Positions 1 to 10,615 of a DNA stretch of 64,000 nt are shown one piece after another. The stretch is from contig CAJXKD010000002.1 of NCBI GenBank assembly GCA_913055735.1, forward strand, positions 984,150-1,048,149, written 5' to 3'. Within the stretch, counting starts at the first letter, position 1, and the number at the start of each line of letters is the position of its first letter. Both the position numbers and the translations under genes were made by a program. A model generated the notes under the pieces. That model was not told where the DNA came from, did not search any database, and saw only the letters and a program-made list of their open reading frames with translations. The DNA comes from an uncultured Rhodospirillales bacterium. Lineage in GTDB: Bacteria; Pseudomonadota; Alphaproteobacteria; Rhodospirillales; UBA2165.

Positions 1-852
1 CGCGGCGGCGGCGGCCACCTGCACCGGCGTAAAGGCGCCATAATCGAGATACGATTTGATGCGCGCCAACGCGGCAATGAGATGCTTGTTGCCGGTGGCG
101 AAGCCGATCCGCCAGCCTGGCATGGAATAGGTTTTGCTCATGGACGTGAATTCGACGGCCACGTCCCGCGCGCCCGGTACCTGCAGGATGGACGGCGGCG
201 GCGTTGCGTTGTCGAAATACAATTCCGCATAGGCGAGATCTGACAGAATATAAATCTCGTGGAAACGGCAGAAATCGACGATCTGCTCATAGAAGCCGAT
301 ATCCGTCACCGCCGCGGTGGGATTGTTGGGGTAGTTGAGCACCACCGCCGTCGGTTTGGGCACGGAATGGATCACCGCCCGTTCGAGCGCTTCGAAATAG
401 TTCGCATCGGGCTCCACCGGCACGTTGCGCACGGACGCGCCGGCAATGATGAAACCGAATTGATGGATCGGGTAGCTCGGATTGGGCACCAGGATCACGT
501 CACCGGGGCTGGTGATCGCGGCCGCCAGATTGGCCAGCCCTTCCTTCGAGCCGAGCGTCGCGATGGTTTCCGTATCGGGATCGATCTCGACGCCGAAGCG
601 GCGGCCGTAATAGGCGGCAATCGCCTTGCGCAAACCGGGAATGCCGCGCGACGCGGAATACCGGTGCGTCCGCGGATCTTTCACCGTTTCCACCAGCTTA
701 TCGACGATATGCTGAGGCGTTGCCGAATCCGGGTTGCCCATGCCGAAATCGATGATGTCCTCGCCGGCAGCTCGGGCGCGGGCCTTCATCGCGTTCACTT
801 CATTGAACACATAAGGCGGAAGCCGCTTAATCCTGTGGAATTCCTTTTCCAT
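1..852 (-). CDS. PLP-dependent aminotransferase, class I/II (AlaC/AspC-like); C-terminus cut by the window edge
   Basis: Absent from the ORF track because it runs off the window. Reading the minus strand from ATG 852-850 gives MEKEFHRIKRLPPYVFNEVNAMKARARAAGEDIIDFGMGNPD...VLNYPNNPT...SMSKTYSMPGWRIGF with no stop down to base 1. NPT and SxSK (PLP-Lys)...GxR are class I aminotransferase signatures. The + ORF 259..888 is its antisense shadow. Confidence 0.85.
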   Translation of the reverse strand, partial: MEKEFHRIKRLPPYVFNEVNAMKARARAAGEDIIDFGMGNPDSATPQHIVDKLVETVKDPRTHRYSASRGIPGLRKAIAAYYGRRFGVEIDPDTETIATLGSKEGLANLAAAITSPGDVILVPNPSYPIHQFGFIIAGASVRNVPVEPDANYFEALERAVIHSVPKPTAVVLNYPNNPTAAVTDIGFYEQIVDFCRFHEIYILSDLAYAELYFDNATPPPSILQVPGARDVAVEFTSMSKTYSMPGWRIGFATGNKHLIAALARIKSYLDYGAFTPVQVAAAAA

Positions 853-969
853 CACCCGGTGCCGCGAAAACTCGCGTCTCTTCTATAGTTTAAACAGATT
901 AAATAGCCGACGACGCCCAGCCGTGCCAGACGCCATCCGCAAAGTTCAGCCGGTTTACAGCGTGGGAGG

Positions 970-2196
970 TCAGAAATCGATAAAAATTTCGGCCCGGCGG
1001 TTCCCGGCCTCTCCCGTCGGCATGAATTCCTCATAAACCGGTTCGGAATCGGAGGCGGCGCCGACGAACAAACTATCGGGCGGAGAGCCCAATTTCATCA
1101 GTTCCCGGGCAACGGCATCGGCCCGCGCCACCGAAATCTGGAAATTGACCATCTTATGCTGAACCACGTCCATATTGCGGGTCCGGCTGCTGGCATGACC
1201 AACAACCCGAATAGTCCCGCCGGTCTGCCGCTGCTGGTTCACGACCTGGCGCAGAATACGGCGATCGTCGGCATCCAAGTTGGCCGAACCGTTGTCGAAC
1301 AGGATGGTCGCCACTTGGTAGGTGCCACGGACGCCGGTGGGGTCGAATTCGGCAAGGGAGCGCGGCGCACCGGCCGGCGAAGCACGCAAGGCGCGGCGAG
1401 AGCGGGCGGGCGATGCCGCCGTTTCCATCGGCCGGGTGCCCGAACTGGACACCACGACGGTCCCGATTTCATCCTCGACCGATTGGAAGCTCGGAGATGC
1501 AAACCGCGGCGGCGGCGGCGCGTTGGACAGATCGACAATGGGCTCACGCGGCACGGCAGCAACTTGGGGCATCGTCGGTGCTGCAGTCGGCGCCCTCGCC
1601 ATTGATGGCTCCTGGGGTGCGGGCATCATCGGACGGGGCGCCGGCGGGGTTGGCGCTTGCATGGCTTCCGGGCTTGTACCGGACATCACCGGTGGAATTG
1701 GTTGGGCCGGCGGCGCGGGTGCCAATTCAGCCTGGCGTGTTGCACCTTCGGGCTGCAACGGGTTTACCACCTCTCCATCACGCCGGGCGATGCTGTCGGA
1801 ATACTGGCGGGCGTTTTCCCGATCGGCAACGAGGCCACGGGCAATCCGTTCACGTTCGATCCGCGAGGGCACGTCGGGCCGCTGCGGCACGGAGGAAACT
1901 TCGGGGATCGGCTCATCGCTGCCTGGCGGCGGTGTGTTCCGCTCCCCGGCCAGGCGGTTTTCGGCTTGCTGATCGCCGGCGCCGTTGGCCTGTTCCTCAT
2001 CGTCTCCGGTAATAAGGTCGCGCGCGCCCTTGTACCACTCGACGGGATTAACGGCGTCGGGGACGGATGAACAGCCGGCCAACAGCGCAATCATGCCAAT
2101 GGCCGCCAACTTGGAAGGCGTAATTGTCATCGGGAGGCCCAATCCTTTGTCGGATTTGCGGGATGAATCGGAATTGAAGTGAGTCTTATCTGCCAT
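970..2196 (-). CDS. OmpA-family lipoprotein with a long Pro/Ala-rich linker
   Basis: C-terminal OmpA-like peptidoglycan-binding domain (ILFDNGSANLDADD...IRVVGHASSRT...VARADAVAREL...GNRRAEIFIDF). Lipobox LLAGC follows an internal Met (ATG at 2130), which is the more likely true start. The middle of the protein is low-complexity P/A-rich. Confidence 0.8.
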   Translation of the reverse strand: MADKTHFNSDSSRKSDKGLGLPMTITPSKLAAIGMIALLAGCSSVPDAVNPVEWYKGARDLITGDDEEQANGAGDQQAENRLAGERNTPPPGSDEPIPEVSSVPQRPDVPSRIERERIARGLVADRENARQYSDSIARRDGEVVNPLQPEGATRQAELAPAPPAQPIPPVMSGTSPEAMQAPTPPAPRPMMPAPQEPSMARAPTAAPTMPQVAAVPREPIVDLSNAPPPPRFASPSFQSVEDEIGTVVVSSSGTRPMETAASPARSRRALRASPAGAPRSLAEFDPTGVRGTYQVATILFDNGSANLDADDRRILRQVVNQQRQTGGTIRVVGHASSRTRNMDVVQHKMVNFQISVARADAVARELMKLGSPPDSLFVGAASDSEPVYEEFMPTGEAGNRRAEIFIDF

Positions 2197-2446
2197 CTGC
2201 CCTCGGAATCCCCTATCGCTTATCCCGCCCTCATGGGAGCTATCGGCATCAGATTAGTGGAAGTGCCGGCAATAAATGGTTAACAGGTTGCGTGTTTCAG
2301 AAGCCATCCGCCATATTTGCGGCAGTATCCCCATCAAATATATACCAAATATATAGAGGATGGTGGCTTCGAAAGGAAGCAGTGCGGCATCGTTTCCGTC
2401 GACTGCTTGCATCCGTTCGGCAAACCGGTGCCGCCTTGTCCCCCAA

Positions 2447-2974
2447 TCAACCCTCGAGATTTCGGCGATGCGTTATGCCAAGTTGCCGGTAATGCTCGAC
2501 TTGCGCGGGCCAGGTGGCGACCTCCTCGGGCCTCAAATCGCGCATTTTCTTCGCCGGGTTACCCGCCCACAATTCGCCTTTCTTGACCCGTTTTCCGGGC
2601 GCGACCAGCGCCCCGGCGGCAACCATTGCCCCTGATTCGACGACGGCGCCATCCAAGACGGTGGCGTGCATGCCGACGAAACAGTTGTCTTCCAAGGTAC
2701 AGGCGTGGATCAGAGCCATATGGCCGATGACGATATTGGCGCCGATATAGGTGTCGAACGCATTCTTGGTGATGTGGACGACGCTGCCGTCCTGGAGGTT
2801 CGTATTCTCGCCCACATAGATCGAGCCGTCATCGCCCCGCAAGACACAGCCGTACCAGATATTCGCCCCAGAGGCGATTTTGGTATTTCCGATCACGGTC
2901 GCGTTCGGCGCGATAAAGGCATCTTCGGCGATTTCGGGGTGAGTTCCCTCATAGGGTACGATTAGTCCGCTCAT
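2447..2974 (-). CDS. gamma-carbonic anhydrase family / hexapeptide-repeat protein (YrdA/PaaY-like)
   Basis: 175 aa. Left-handed beta-helix hexapeptide pattern (IAPNATVIGNTKIASGANIWYGCVLRGD...IYVGENTNLQDGSVVH...IGANIVIGHMALIHACTLED) typical of this family. Confidence 0.8.
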   Translation of the reverse strand: MSGLIVPYEGTHPEIAEDAFIAPNATVIGNTKIASGANIWYGCVLRGDDGSIYVGENTNLQDGSVVHITKNAFDTYIGANIVIGHMALIHACTLEDNCFVGMHATVLDGAVVESGAMVAAGALVAPGKRVKKGELWAGNPAKKMRDLRPEEVATWPAQVEHYRQLGITHRRNLEG

Positions 2975-3157
2975 GGCTCTTCCTTATTGGATTTCCTTGG
3001 CTTGCCGCCGGTTCTTCAGAACCTAGCCCATGAAAAGGTTAACGCCAAGCACCCCCGACAAGGGCCGCCAAGATTGACATTATGGCCCAATTCCCGTACT
3101 TCCGCGCCAACGCGCGATGCGGTCGCGCCTTATGAAATCGATCTGGAAGCCTAATAC

Positions 3158-4495
<1,338 letters not shown>

Positions 4496-4608
4496 AACGC
4501 GGCCCCACGCACCGCGTATGGCGCTTTGACAATTGCGGCTGTTTGGCGACAAACTACGGCGACCAGTTGTCTGGGCGACAAGAAACAACACGCGGGGAAT
4601 ACCGACAG

Positions 4609-4851
4609 ATGCAAACAATCTTCATACAGGTCAAATGCGAACTGGGTGAAGCCTACAACGTAGCCGACCAAGCCGTCGAAACGGTCGAACAAGTGTCGGA
4701 AGTTCACTCCACGTCAGGCGAATACGATCTGTTGATCAAATGCTATCTCGACGACGAAACCGATATCGGGCACTTCGTCACAGAGAAGATTCAGCGTCTC
4801 CCCGGCGTCAAAGACACGTTTACCATCATCACGTTTAAAGCGTTCGCTTAG
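4609..4851 (+). CDS. stand-alone Lrp/AsnC-type ligand-binding (RAM) domain protein
   Basis: MQTIFIQVKCELGEAYNVADQAVETVEQVSEVHSTSGEYDLLIKCYLDD...IQRLPGVKDTFTIITFKAF is the AsnC_trans_reg beta-alpha-beta-beta-alpha-beta pattern with no HTH. I start at the internal ATG 4609 (GGGGAA upstream) rather than 4543. Confidence 0.7.
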   Translation: MQTIFIQVKCELGEAYNVADQAVETVEQVSEVHSTSGEYDLLIKCYLDDETDIGHFVTEKIQRLPGVKDTFTIITFKAFA

Positions 4852-4858
4852 GGCCTGT

Positions 4859-4894
4859 CCTATTTCGCGGCCTATTCCGCGGCCTATTCCGCGG
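4859..4894. repeat. 3 x 12-nt tandem repeat (cctatttcgcgg / cctattccgcgg / cctattccgcgg) spanning the stop codon of the TauD-like gene
   Basis: Read directly. The last copy (4883-4894) encodes the final codons AAE plus TAG of the minus-strand gene. The two preceding copies sit in the 33-nt convergent spacer. Confidence 0.9.
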
Positions 4895-5876
4895 CGGGAC
4901 GCACACCGCCGCCGGCGCGATCCGTATTGCCGATGAACTTCATCGGTTCGACGCGCGGCGACCAATCCGGCATCACCAGCCACAACCGCAACAAATGACG
5001 CCGCAACGCCGGATCGGTGTGATCGCGGTAGTCGGTGCGCGCGTGATAAAGCCGCCGGTTGTTGAGGAACTGGATGTCGCCCGGCCGGAAATGCATATCG
5101 AGATAAATTTCGGGCCTGCGGGTGACGTCGGCGAGATAGTTCAGTGCTTCCCACTGCGCGTCCGTCGTGTGATACCCCTCTTTCTCCGCCGACCGGACGG
5201 CGACCGGCAGCAGAAATGTCTCCACCCCATCCGCCCCTTCGGCAAAGACCGGAATGGACGCCGGTTGTTCATGCCCCTTGTGGGTTTGCCGGCTGTTGAA
5301 AACAGGCTGATACAGTATATCCAACAGGTCCGGACGTTCTTCGGCAATGACGTTATGCACAGCCATGGCGCTGGCGATGCGACTCGCGCCTCCCTCCACC
5401 GCCGCACGCAAACACAGCAGGCCGACCACGTCGATGGGATCCATGTGAAACTCCAACGCGCCGCCGACGGTATAATATCTGCCGTCCCCATCGCCGCCCC
5501 GGTCGAAGACATGCCCGAGCCGGTCGCCGTCGGCGCTTTGCGACACACCGATCCCCAGGTGCGCACCGATTCCCCAGAAAATGACGCCGAGTTCGTCATC
5601 CGAGTAATCCTCGACCGGCAGGCCCCGCACCATGACAAACCCGCGCCCGACCCGCAGTTCATCGCGGACCGCCGCAAAACTTTTCTCGAGTGTGGGCAGA
5701 TTGAAATCGGCGAGTGTCACGTCATCAAGCGTGAGGCCCCGCGCGCGGACGTCTTCCGCCGCCCGCTCCAGTTCCGCGCGTTCGTCGGCGCTCAGCCGGA
5801 GAATCCAATCATCGCGCCGCTGCTGATCGGCACCAAACCAGACATGCGGCCCAGCCACCAAGTCATGTGCCGTCAT
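4884..5876 (-). CDS. TauD/TfdA-family Fe(II)/2-oxoglutarate-dependent dioxygenase
   Basis: MTAHDLVAGPHVWFG...RGFVMVRGLPV...GALEFHMDPIDVV (HxD iron motif)...NNRRLYHARTDY are typical of the TauD-like clavaminate-synthase fold. Start set at ATG 5876 (MTAHD), not the upstream 5984. Confidence 0.75.
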   Translation of the reverse strand: MTAHDLVAGPHVWFGADQQRRDDWILRLSADERAELERAAEDVRARGLTLDDVTLADFNLPTLEKSFAAVRDELRVGRGFVMVRGLPVEDYSDDELGVIFWGIGAHLGIGVSQSADGDRLGHVFDRGGDGDGRYYTVGGALEFHMDPIDVVGLLCLRAAVEGGASRIASAMAVHNVIAEERPDLLDILYQPVFNSRQTHKGHEQPASIPVFAEGADGVETFLLPVAVRSAEKEGYHTTDAQWEALNYLADVTRRPEIYLDMHFRPGDIQFLNNRRLYHARTDYRDHTDPALRRHLLRLWLVMPDWSPRVEPMKFIGNTDRAGGGVRPAAE

Positions 5877-6046
5877 GAATATGTTCTCCCAAAACCATCG
5901 CGTTTTCCTGATCTTATTCGACCGCCAAGCACGAACCAAGGCAACCGTAATAAGTGTCCGCGAATGGGGGCTGTACAGGGACAAGCGGTTCGGCCCATAG
6001 TCCTCAACGTAACATTATATTCATTCCCGACGGGCCATGAAGGACC

Positions 6047-7741
6047 GTGACGAGCACGCAGGAGGGAAACGGGCAGCCAATGACCGCGGCGGTTTTTTTT
6101 GAAGGTCTCCCAATTCAGGAGGACCGCCCCCTCGGCATCAATGTCGCAACGGCCGAGTTTCATCGTGCCTTCGCCCGATATGCCCGACAGAGCGATCTTC
6201 CCGCGATCTGCGACGGCACATCTCATTTCAGCAAGTACCGGGAATTGGTTTCGGCCGCCAGCGCCGATCCCAGCCGCTGCGTTCAGGTCAACCGGTTGGA
6301 CGGCGATGCGTTGGCCAAAGTGGGAACCGCCGTGCGCTATGATCCGGCCATAACGGAGCAACTCTGGCTGCGCCGCGCCCAGGGACAAACGCGCTACAGT
6401 ATCGTCGGCTTCACCCACGCCAGTTCGACCGCCGCCGTCATGGATGCACTCGGCAGCTATGCAATCGCACCGGCGCAATCCTGGGACGCCTTGATCTGTG
6501 CCTCCAACGCCATCAAATCGGCCGTACAGACACTATTGGACGGCTGGTGCGACTATCTTTCGGCACTGACCGGCGGATCGGCGTCGTGCCCGATGCAGTT
6601 CCCGGTTATCCCCTTGGGCGTCGACGCCGAGAGGTTCTCTTCGGCCGTGCGGCCCGAGGAACGTCAGCGCCAACGGAATGCCCTCGGTCTCGATCACGAT
6701 GCCATCGCCGTTCTCTACTCTGGACGCCTCAACCATATCGCCAAGGCAAATCCCTTGCCATTGTTTCTCGCCGCAGAAGAAGCCGCGCAAGCAATCAGTG
6801 TCCCGCTGCATGTTATCTTTCACGGTTATTTCCCCGACGACGCCATCGAACCCGCCTTCAAGGAAGCGGCTGCAAAACTGTGCAAGGTGGCGCGTGTTTC
6901 GTTCATCGCCCATGACGACCGCAATTTCCCCGACGGCGTCTGGGCCGCAGCCGATATTTTCTGTTCCCCCGTCGACAACATCCAGGAGAGCTTCGGCCTG
7001 ACACCGGTCGAGGCCATGGCCGCCGGCCTTCCGGTGATCGTCAGCGACTGGGACGGATATCGGGACACGGTGCGCGACGGCGTGGACGGATTTGCCGTCT
7101 CGACGATTCTTCCCGCCGCCGGGACGGGGACGGACATTGCCTTCGCTTATTTCGACAATCCCGGCATGTACGGCGATTTCCTGAGCGCCACCTCTCAATC
7201 GACGGCGATCGATACCCATGCGCTCGCGGTTGCGCTGCGCCGGCTTGCCGAGCATCCCGAGCTACGCGAAAAGATGGGTGCGGCCGGCCAGGCCCGCGTC
7301 GCGGCGACGTTCGACTGGCGGCACGTTATTGCCGCTTATGACGATCTGTGGCACGAGTTGGCCGATCGCCGCGCGTCGGGAACCGAGCGCGTGCCGATGG
7401 CAGATGGAGGAGACTTCCATCCCCTGCGCCCCGACCCGTTCCGCATGTTCGCCGATTTCGCAACGGCGTCGTTCGAGGACGGCGGCGCGGTGGAACTCGC
7501 CGCGACGGAATGGGCCGATACGATCAAACGGATGGGACTGAAAATCGGCACCGTCCACGCAGGTGCCCTCATCGACCTGGAGGACCTGCCGCTGGTGTTC
7601 GCGCACCTGGAGGCGTCCCCGGGGATGACCCTGGCCGAGCTGTGCGGGCGGCTGGATGCGTTTGACGGTGCCCGGCTGCGCCGCACGATCGCCTGGTTGG
7701 TGAAACTCGGGATCTGCCGCTACCGGGCGCCGAACGCGTAG
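6047..7741 (+). CDS. glycosyltransferase, GT-B fold (family 4/group 1-like) with C-terminal extension
   Basis: Characteristic GT1/GT4 C-terminal core ESFGLTPVEAMAAGLPVIVSDWDGYRDTVRDGVDGF. 564-aa ORF with an alternative start at ATG 6080. Confidence 0.75.
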   Translation: MTSTQEGNGQPMTAAVFFEGLPIQEDRPLGINVATAEFHRAFARYARQSDLPAICDGTSHFSKYRELVSAASADPSRCVQVNRLDGDALAKVGTAVRYDPAITEQLWLRRAQGQTRYSIVGFTHASSTAAVMDALGSYAIAPAQSWDALICASNAIKSAVQTLLDGWCDYLSALTGGSASCPMQFPVIPLGVDAERFSSAVRPEERQRQRNALGLDHDAIAVLYSGRLNHIAKANPLPLFLAAEEAAQAISVPLHVIFHGYFPDDAIEPAFKEAAAKLCKVARVSFIAHDDRNFPDGVWAAADIFCSPVDNIQESFGLTPVEAMAAGLPVIVSDWDGYRDTVRDGVDGFAVSTILPAAGTGTDIAFAYFDNPGMYGDFLSATSQSTAIDTHALAVALRRLAEHPELREKMGAAGQARVAATFDWRHVIAAYDDLWHELADRRASGTERVPMADGGDFHPLRPDPFRMFADFATASFEDGGAVELAATEWADTIKRMGLKIGTVHAGALIDLEDLPLVFAHLEASPGMTLAELCGRLDAFDGARLRRTIAWLVKLGICRYRAPNA

Positions 7742-7747
7742 CCGGGC

Positions 7748-8878
7748 CTAGAGATAGAATTCTTTCAGGGGCGGGAAACCGTTGAAGCCGACGGACGAAT
7801 AGGTCGTCGTATAGGCACCGGTATTGAGAATGTCGACCTGATCGCCGACCTTTAAACTCAACGGCAAGCGGTATCCGGATTTCTCATAAAGAATATCGGC
7901 GCCGTCACAGGTCGGTCCGGCGACGGCGACCGGTCCCGTCTCATCGCCATCCCGCAGCGTACGGATCGGGTATTTGATGGCCTCGTCCATGGTTTCGGCC
8001 AGGCCGCCGAACTTGCCGACATCCAAATAGACCCAGCGCACGTCATCGCCGTAATCCTTGCTGGAGATCAGCACCACCTCGGTCCGCAACAGACCGGCCG
8101 TGGCAGTCAGGTAGCGGCCCGGTTCGATCATCACCGTGGGAATGCGGTTTCCGAAGGAACGAACCAGCCCGTCCATGATGGTATCGGCCACCTCCTGGAT
8201 ATCCGGCACGTCATCGCGATAGCGAATGGGAAAACCGCCTCCCAGGTCGATCATGCCCAGTTCGATACCGGCCGCCCCAAGGGTGGTGAAAATCATCGCG
8301 GCATCGCCGATGGCGGCCTGCCATTGCAGCGGATCGGTTTGCTGGGAGCCGACATGGAACGACAGGCCATAAGGCACCAAACCTTTATCGCGAGCTTCGA
8401 TCATCAGATCGGCCGCCATACGGGCGGAACAGCCAAACTTGCGCGACAACGGCCACTGGGCGCCGCCGTTCTCCACCAGGATGCGGCAAAACACTTTCGC
8501 CCCCGGCGCGGCAACGGCGAGCTTCTCCAACTCGGTAGCGCTGTCGAAGGCAAACAAACGGACGCCCTGGGCAAAGGCGGTGGCGATATCGTCCTGCTTC
8601 TTGACGGTATTGCCGAAGGCGATTCGCTCCGGATCGACGCCCGACGCCAAGCACCGGTCGACCTCGGAAATACTCGCAACGTCGAAATTGGAGCCCAGGC
8701 CGGCCAGCCGGTCGAGCACCTGCGATGCCGGATTGGCTTTCACCGCGTAATAGATTTCGGCACGCGGCAGCGCATTCTTGAGGGCGTGGTAGTTGTCCTC
8801 GACCACGTCCAAATCGACGACCAGACACGGGGTCTGGGGTCGGTGCTCCGCGAGAAATTTTTCGATATGAGGCGTCAT
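7748..8878 (-). CDS. type III (alanine-racemase-fold) PLP-dependent ornithine/lysine decarboxylase
   Basis: PCLVVDLDVVEDNY...IYYAVKANP (PLP-Lys), SFHVGSQ, DLGGGFP and GPTCDGADIL match the eukaryote-type ODC/DapDC family. 376 aa. Confidence 0.85.
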   Translation of the reverse strand: MTPHIEKFLAEHRPQTPCLVVDLDVVEDNYHALKNALPRAEIYYAVKANPASQVLDRLAGLGSNFDVASISEVDRCLASGVDPERIAFGNTVKKQDDIATAFAQGVRLFAFDSATELEKLAVAAPGAKVFCRILVENGGAQWPLSRKFGCSARMAADLMIEARDKGLVPYGLSFHVGSQQTDPLQWQAAIGDAAMIFTTLGAAGIELGMIDLGGGFPIRYRDDVPDIQEVADTIMDGLVRSFGNRIPTVMIEPGRYLTATAGLLRTEVVLISSKDYGDDVRWVYLDVGKFGGLAETMDEAIKYPIRTLRDGDETGPVAVAGPTCDGADILYEKSGYRLPLSLKVGDQVDILNTGAYTTTYSSVGFNGFPPLKEFYL

Positions 8879-9098
8879 ACGAGCGGCCCTTCCAAGTGCG
8901 CCACCAAGGGTGCGCGGTTATACGGCATTCTCGGAGGAATAAAAGAGAAAAATGCCCCCACAAAAAACCCGACTATTTCGGTCGGTTATACTGGATTTCC
9001 CAGTGATAACGGCCTAAATTGGCACCACACTGACGCCCCGCAAGGGCCGCGAAATAATATCGTTAAACCGCAGAAAAGTGCCGAAAAAGGACGTCCTA

Positions 9099-9929
9099 AT
9101 GTTTATTCAGACCGAAGCCCTCCCCGATCCCAACCGGCTGAAATTCATCCCGGGTGAAGAGGTGCTACCGTCCGGAACCGCCGAATTCCCCGACGAGGAG
9201 TCGGCGGAACGCTCTCCCCTCGCCGCCCGCCTATTCGGCGTCGACGGCGTGACGGGCGTGACCCTAGCCACCGATCATTTGGTGGTCGCCAAGGAAGGGG
9301 GCGAAGATTGGATGGTCCTCAAACCCATGCTGCTGGGCGCGATCATGGATCACTTCATGTCGGGCGCGCCGGCGGTGCATGGCCTTACCCCCAGTGCCGC
9401 GCCTGTCGCGGATAATTCGGACGGCGATCCGGTGGTCGCGGAGATCAAAGACCTCATCGAGACGCGTATCCGGCCGGCCGCGCAACAGCATGGCGGCGAC
9501 GTCCATTTCCGCGCGTTCAAGGACGGCGACGTGCTGTGCGAGTTCGAAGGCAGCGCCTTTTCGCTCATCGGCGGTATGACCAACGTGTTGCGTCACTACG
9601 TGCCGGAAGTGGTGGCGGTGAAGGACTACCGTGACGCGCTGCCCAAACCGGGTCTCGAAACGCCGACGGCGGAAGCCATTCAGAAGCTGCTCGACGAACG
9701 CATCAACCCGGCCGTCGCCGGACATGGCGGCTACATCTCGCTGATCGACGTGCAGGACGACCGCGCCTACATCCGTCTCGAGGGCGGCTGCCAGGGCTGC
9801 GGCATGGCCGACGTGACGTTGAAACAAGGCGTCGAGGTGGAAATCAAATCGGCGGTACCGGAGATCTCGCAGGTGCTCGACGTCACCGATCACGCCGAAG
9901 GCACGAACCCCTACTACCGGCCCGCTTAA
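9099..9929 (+). CDS. NifU/Nfu-family Fe-S cluster protein (Nfu_N domain plus two NifU_C-like modules)
   Basis: MFIQTEALPDPNRLKFIPG is an Nfu_N start (AGGA 7 nt upstream of ATG 9099). The last module carries the CxxC site (IRLEGGCQGCGMADVTLK). The middle module (IRPAAQQHGGDVHFRAFKDGDVLCEFEGSAF) lacks it. Confidence 0.8.
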   Translation: MFIQTEALPDPNRLKFIPGEEVLPSGTAEFPDEESAERSPLAARLFGVDGVTGVTLATDHLVVAKEGGEDWMVLKPMLLGAIMDHFMSGAPAVHGLTPSAAPVADNSDGDPVVAEIKDLIETRIRPAAQQHGGDVHFRAFKDGDVLCEFEGSAFSLIGGMTNVLRHYVPEVVAVKDYRDALPKPGLETPTAEAIQKLLDERINPAVAGHGGYISLIDVQDDRAYIRLEGGCQGCGMADVTLKQGVEVEIKSAVPEISQVLDVTDHAEGTNPYYRPA

Positions 9930-10595
9930 TTACATTTTCGCCTTTTCGGCGCGGCCCGTATTGACGATGTGCCACATCATCTGGGCGGCGACACTGCGCC
10001 ACGGGCGATAGACCTCCCCCGCATCCCACAACTGTTTGCGGTTGGGCCGTTCGGGCAGGTTCTTGAGCTGCTGATAGCCCATCATGATGCCGAGATCGTC
10101 GGCGGGCCACAAATCGGGACGGCGCAGCGCGAACATCAAATAGATTTCCGCCGTCCAGCGCCCGACGCCCTTAAGGGTGACGAGTTTCTCGATGGCGGCT
10201 TCGTCCTCCATGCGCGCAACGCCGCGCAAGGAAACATGCCCGTCAACGATGGCTTCGGCGATGGCGCGGCCATAATTGCCCTTCTGTCGGCTGAGGCCGA
10301 TGGTGCGGTGATCGTCGTCGCTGAGCGACAGGAACACTTCCGGCGTCATGGGATCGGCAAAGGAATTAAGGCGCCCCTGGATGGCGCGCGCCGATGCGGT
10401 CGAGACTTGCTGCGCGACAATGATCTTGAGCAGCGAATCATATCCGGGCGGGCGCGAGCGCGGCTTCGGCACGCCGTAGACCTCGACGGCACGGGCGAAA
10501 TCGGGATCGAGAGCGGACAACGCGGCGATCCCCTCCGCCATGCCGGATTTGGTTATTTTAAGGACCATGCCGCACACGTTAGTATGTCGTAACAC
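9930..10595 (-). CDS. HhH-GPD superfamily DNA-3-methyladenine glycosylase II (AlkA-like)
   Basis: IIVAQQVSTASARAI...LKGVGRWTAEIYLMFAL...PDLWPADDLGI is the HhH-GPD motif with the catalytic Asp. The start is uncertain (several in-frame Met codons near the 5' end). Confidence 0.8.
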   Translation of the reverse strand: MLRHTNVCGMVLKITKSGMAEGIAALSALDPDFARAVEVYGVPKPRSRPPGYDSLLKIIVAQQVSTASARAIQGRLNSFADPMTPEVFLSLSDDDHRTIGLSRQKGNYGRAIAEAIVDGHVSLRGVARMEDEAAIEKLVTLKGVGRWTAEIYLMFALRRPDLWPADDLGIMMGYQQLKNLPERPNRKQLWDAGEVYRPWRSVAAQMMWHIVNTGRAEKAKM

Positions 10596-10615
10596 CAGAC
10601 GAAAGGGAGAACACC

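Noticed and set aside
259-888. Long ORFs opposite real genes, for example 259..888 +, 19907..21220 +, 28344..29879 -, 29979..31052 -, 44666..45961 +, 53156..54250 +, 62382..63428 +, 36038..36988 +
   Set aside because: Each overlaps a gene with clear family motifs on the other strand. Their translations are Arg/Gly/Ala/His-rich without recognisable domains. I treat them as stop-codon-poor antisense frames.
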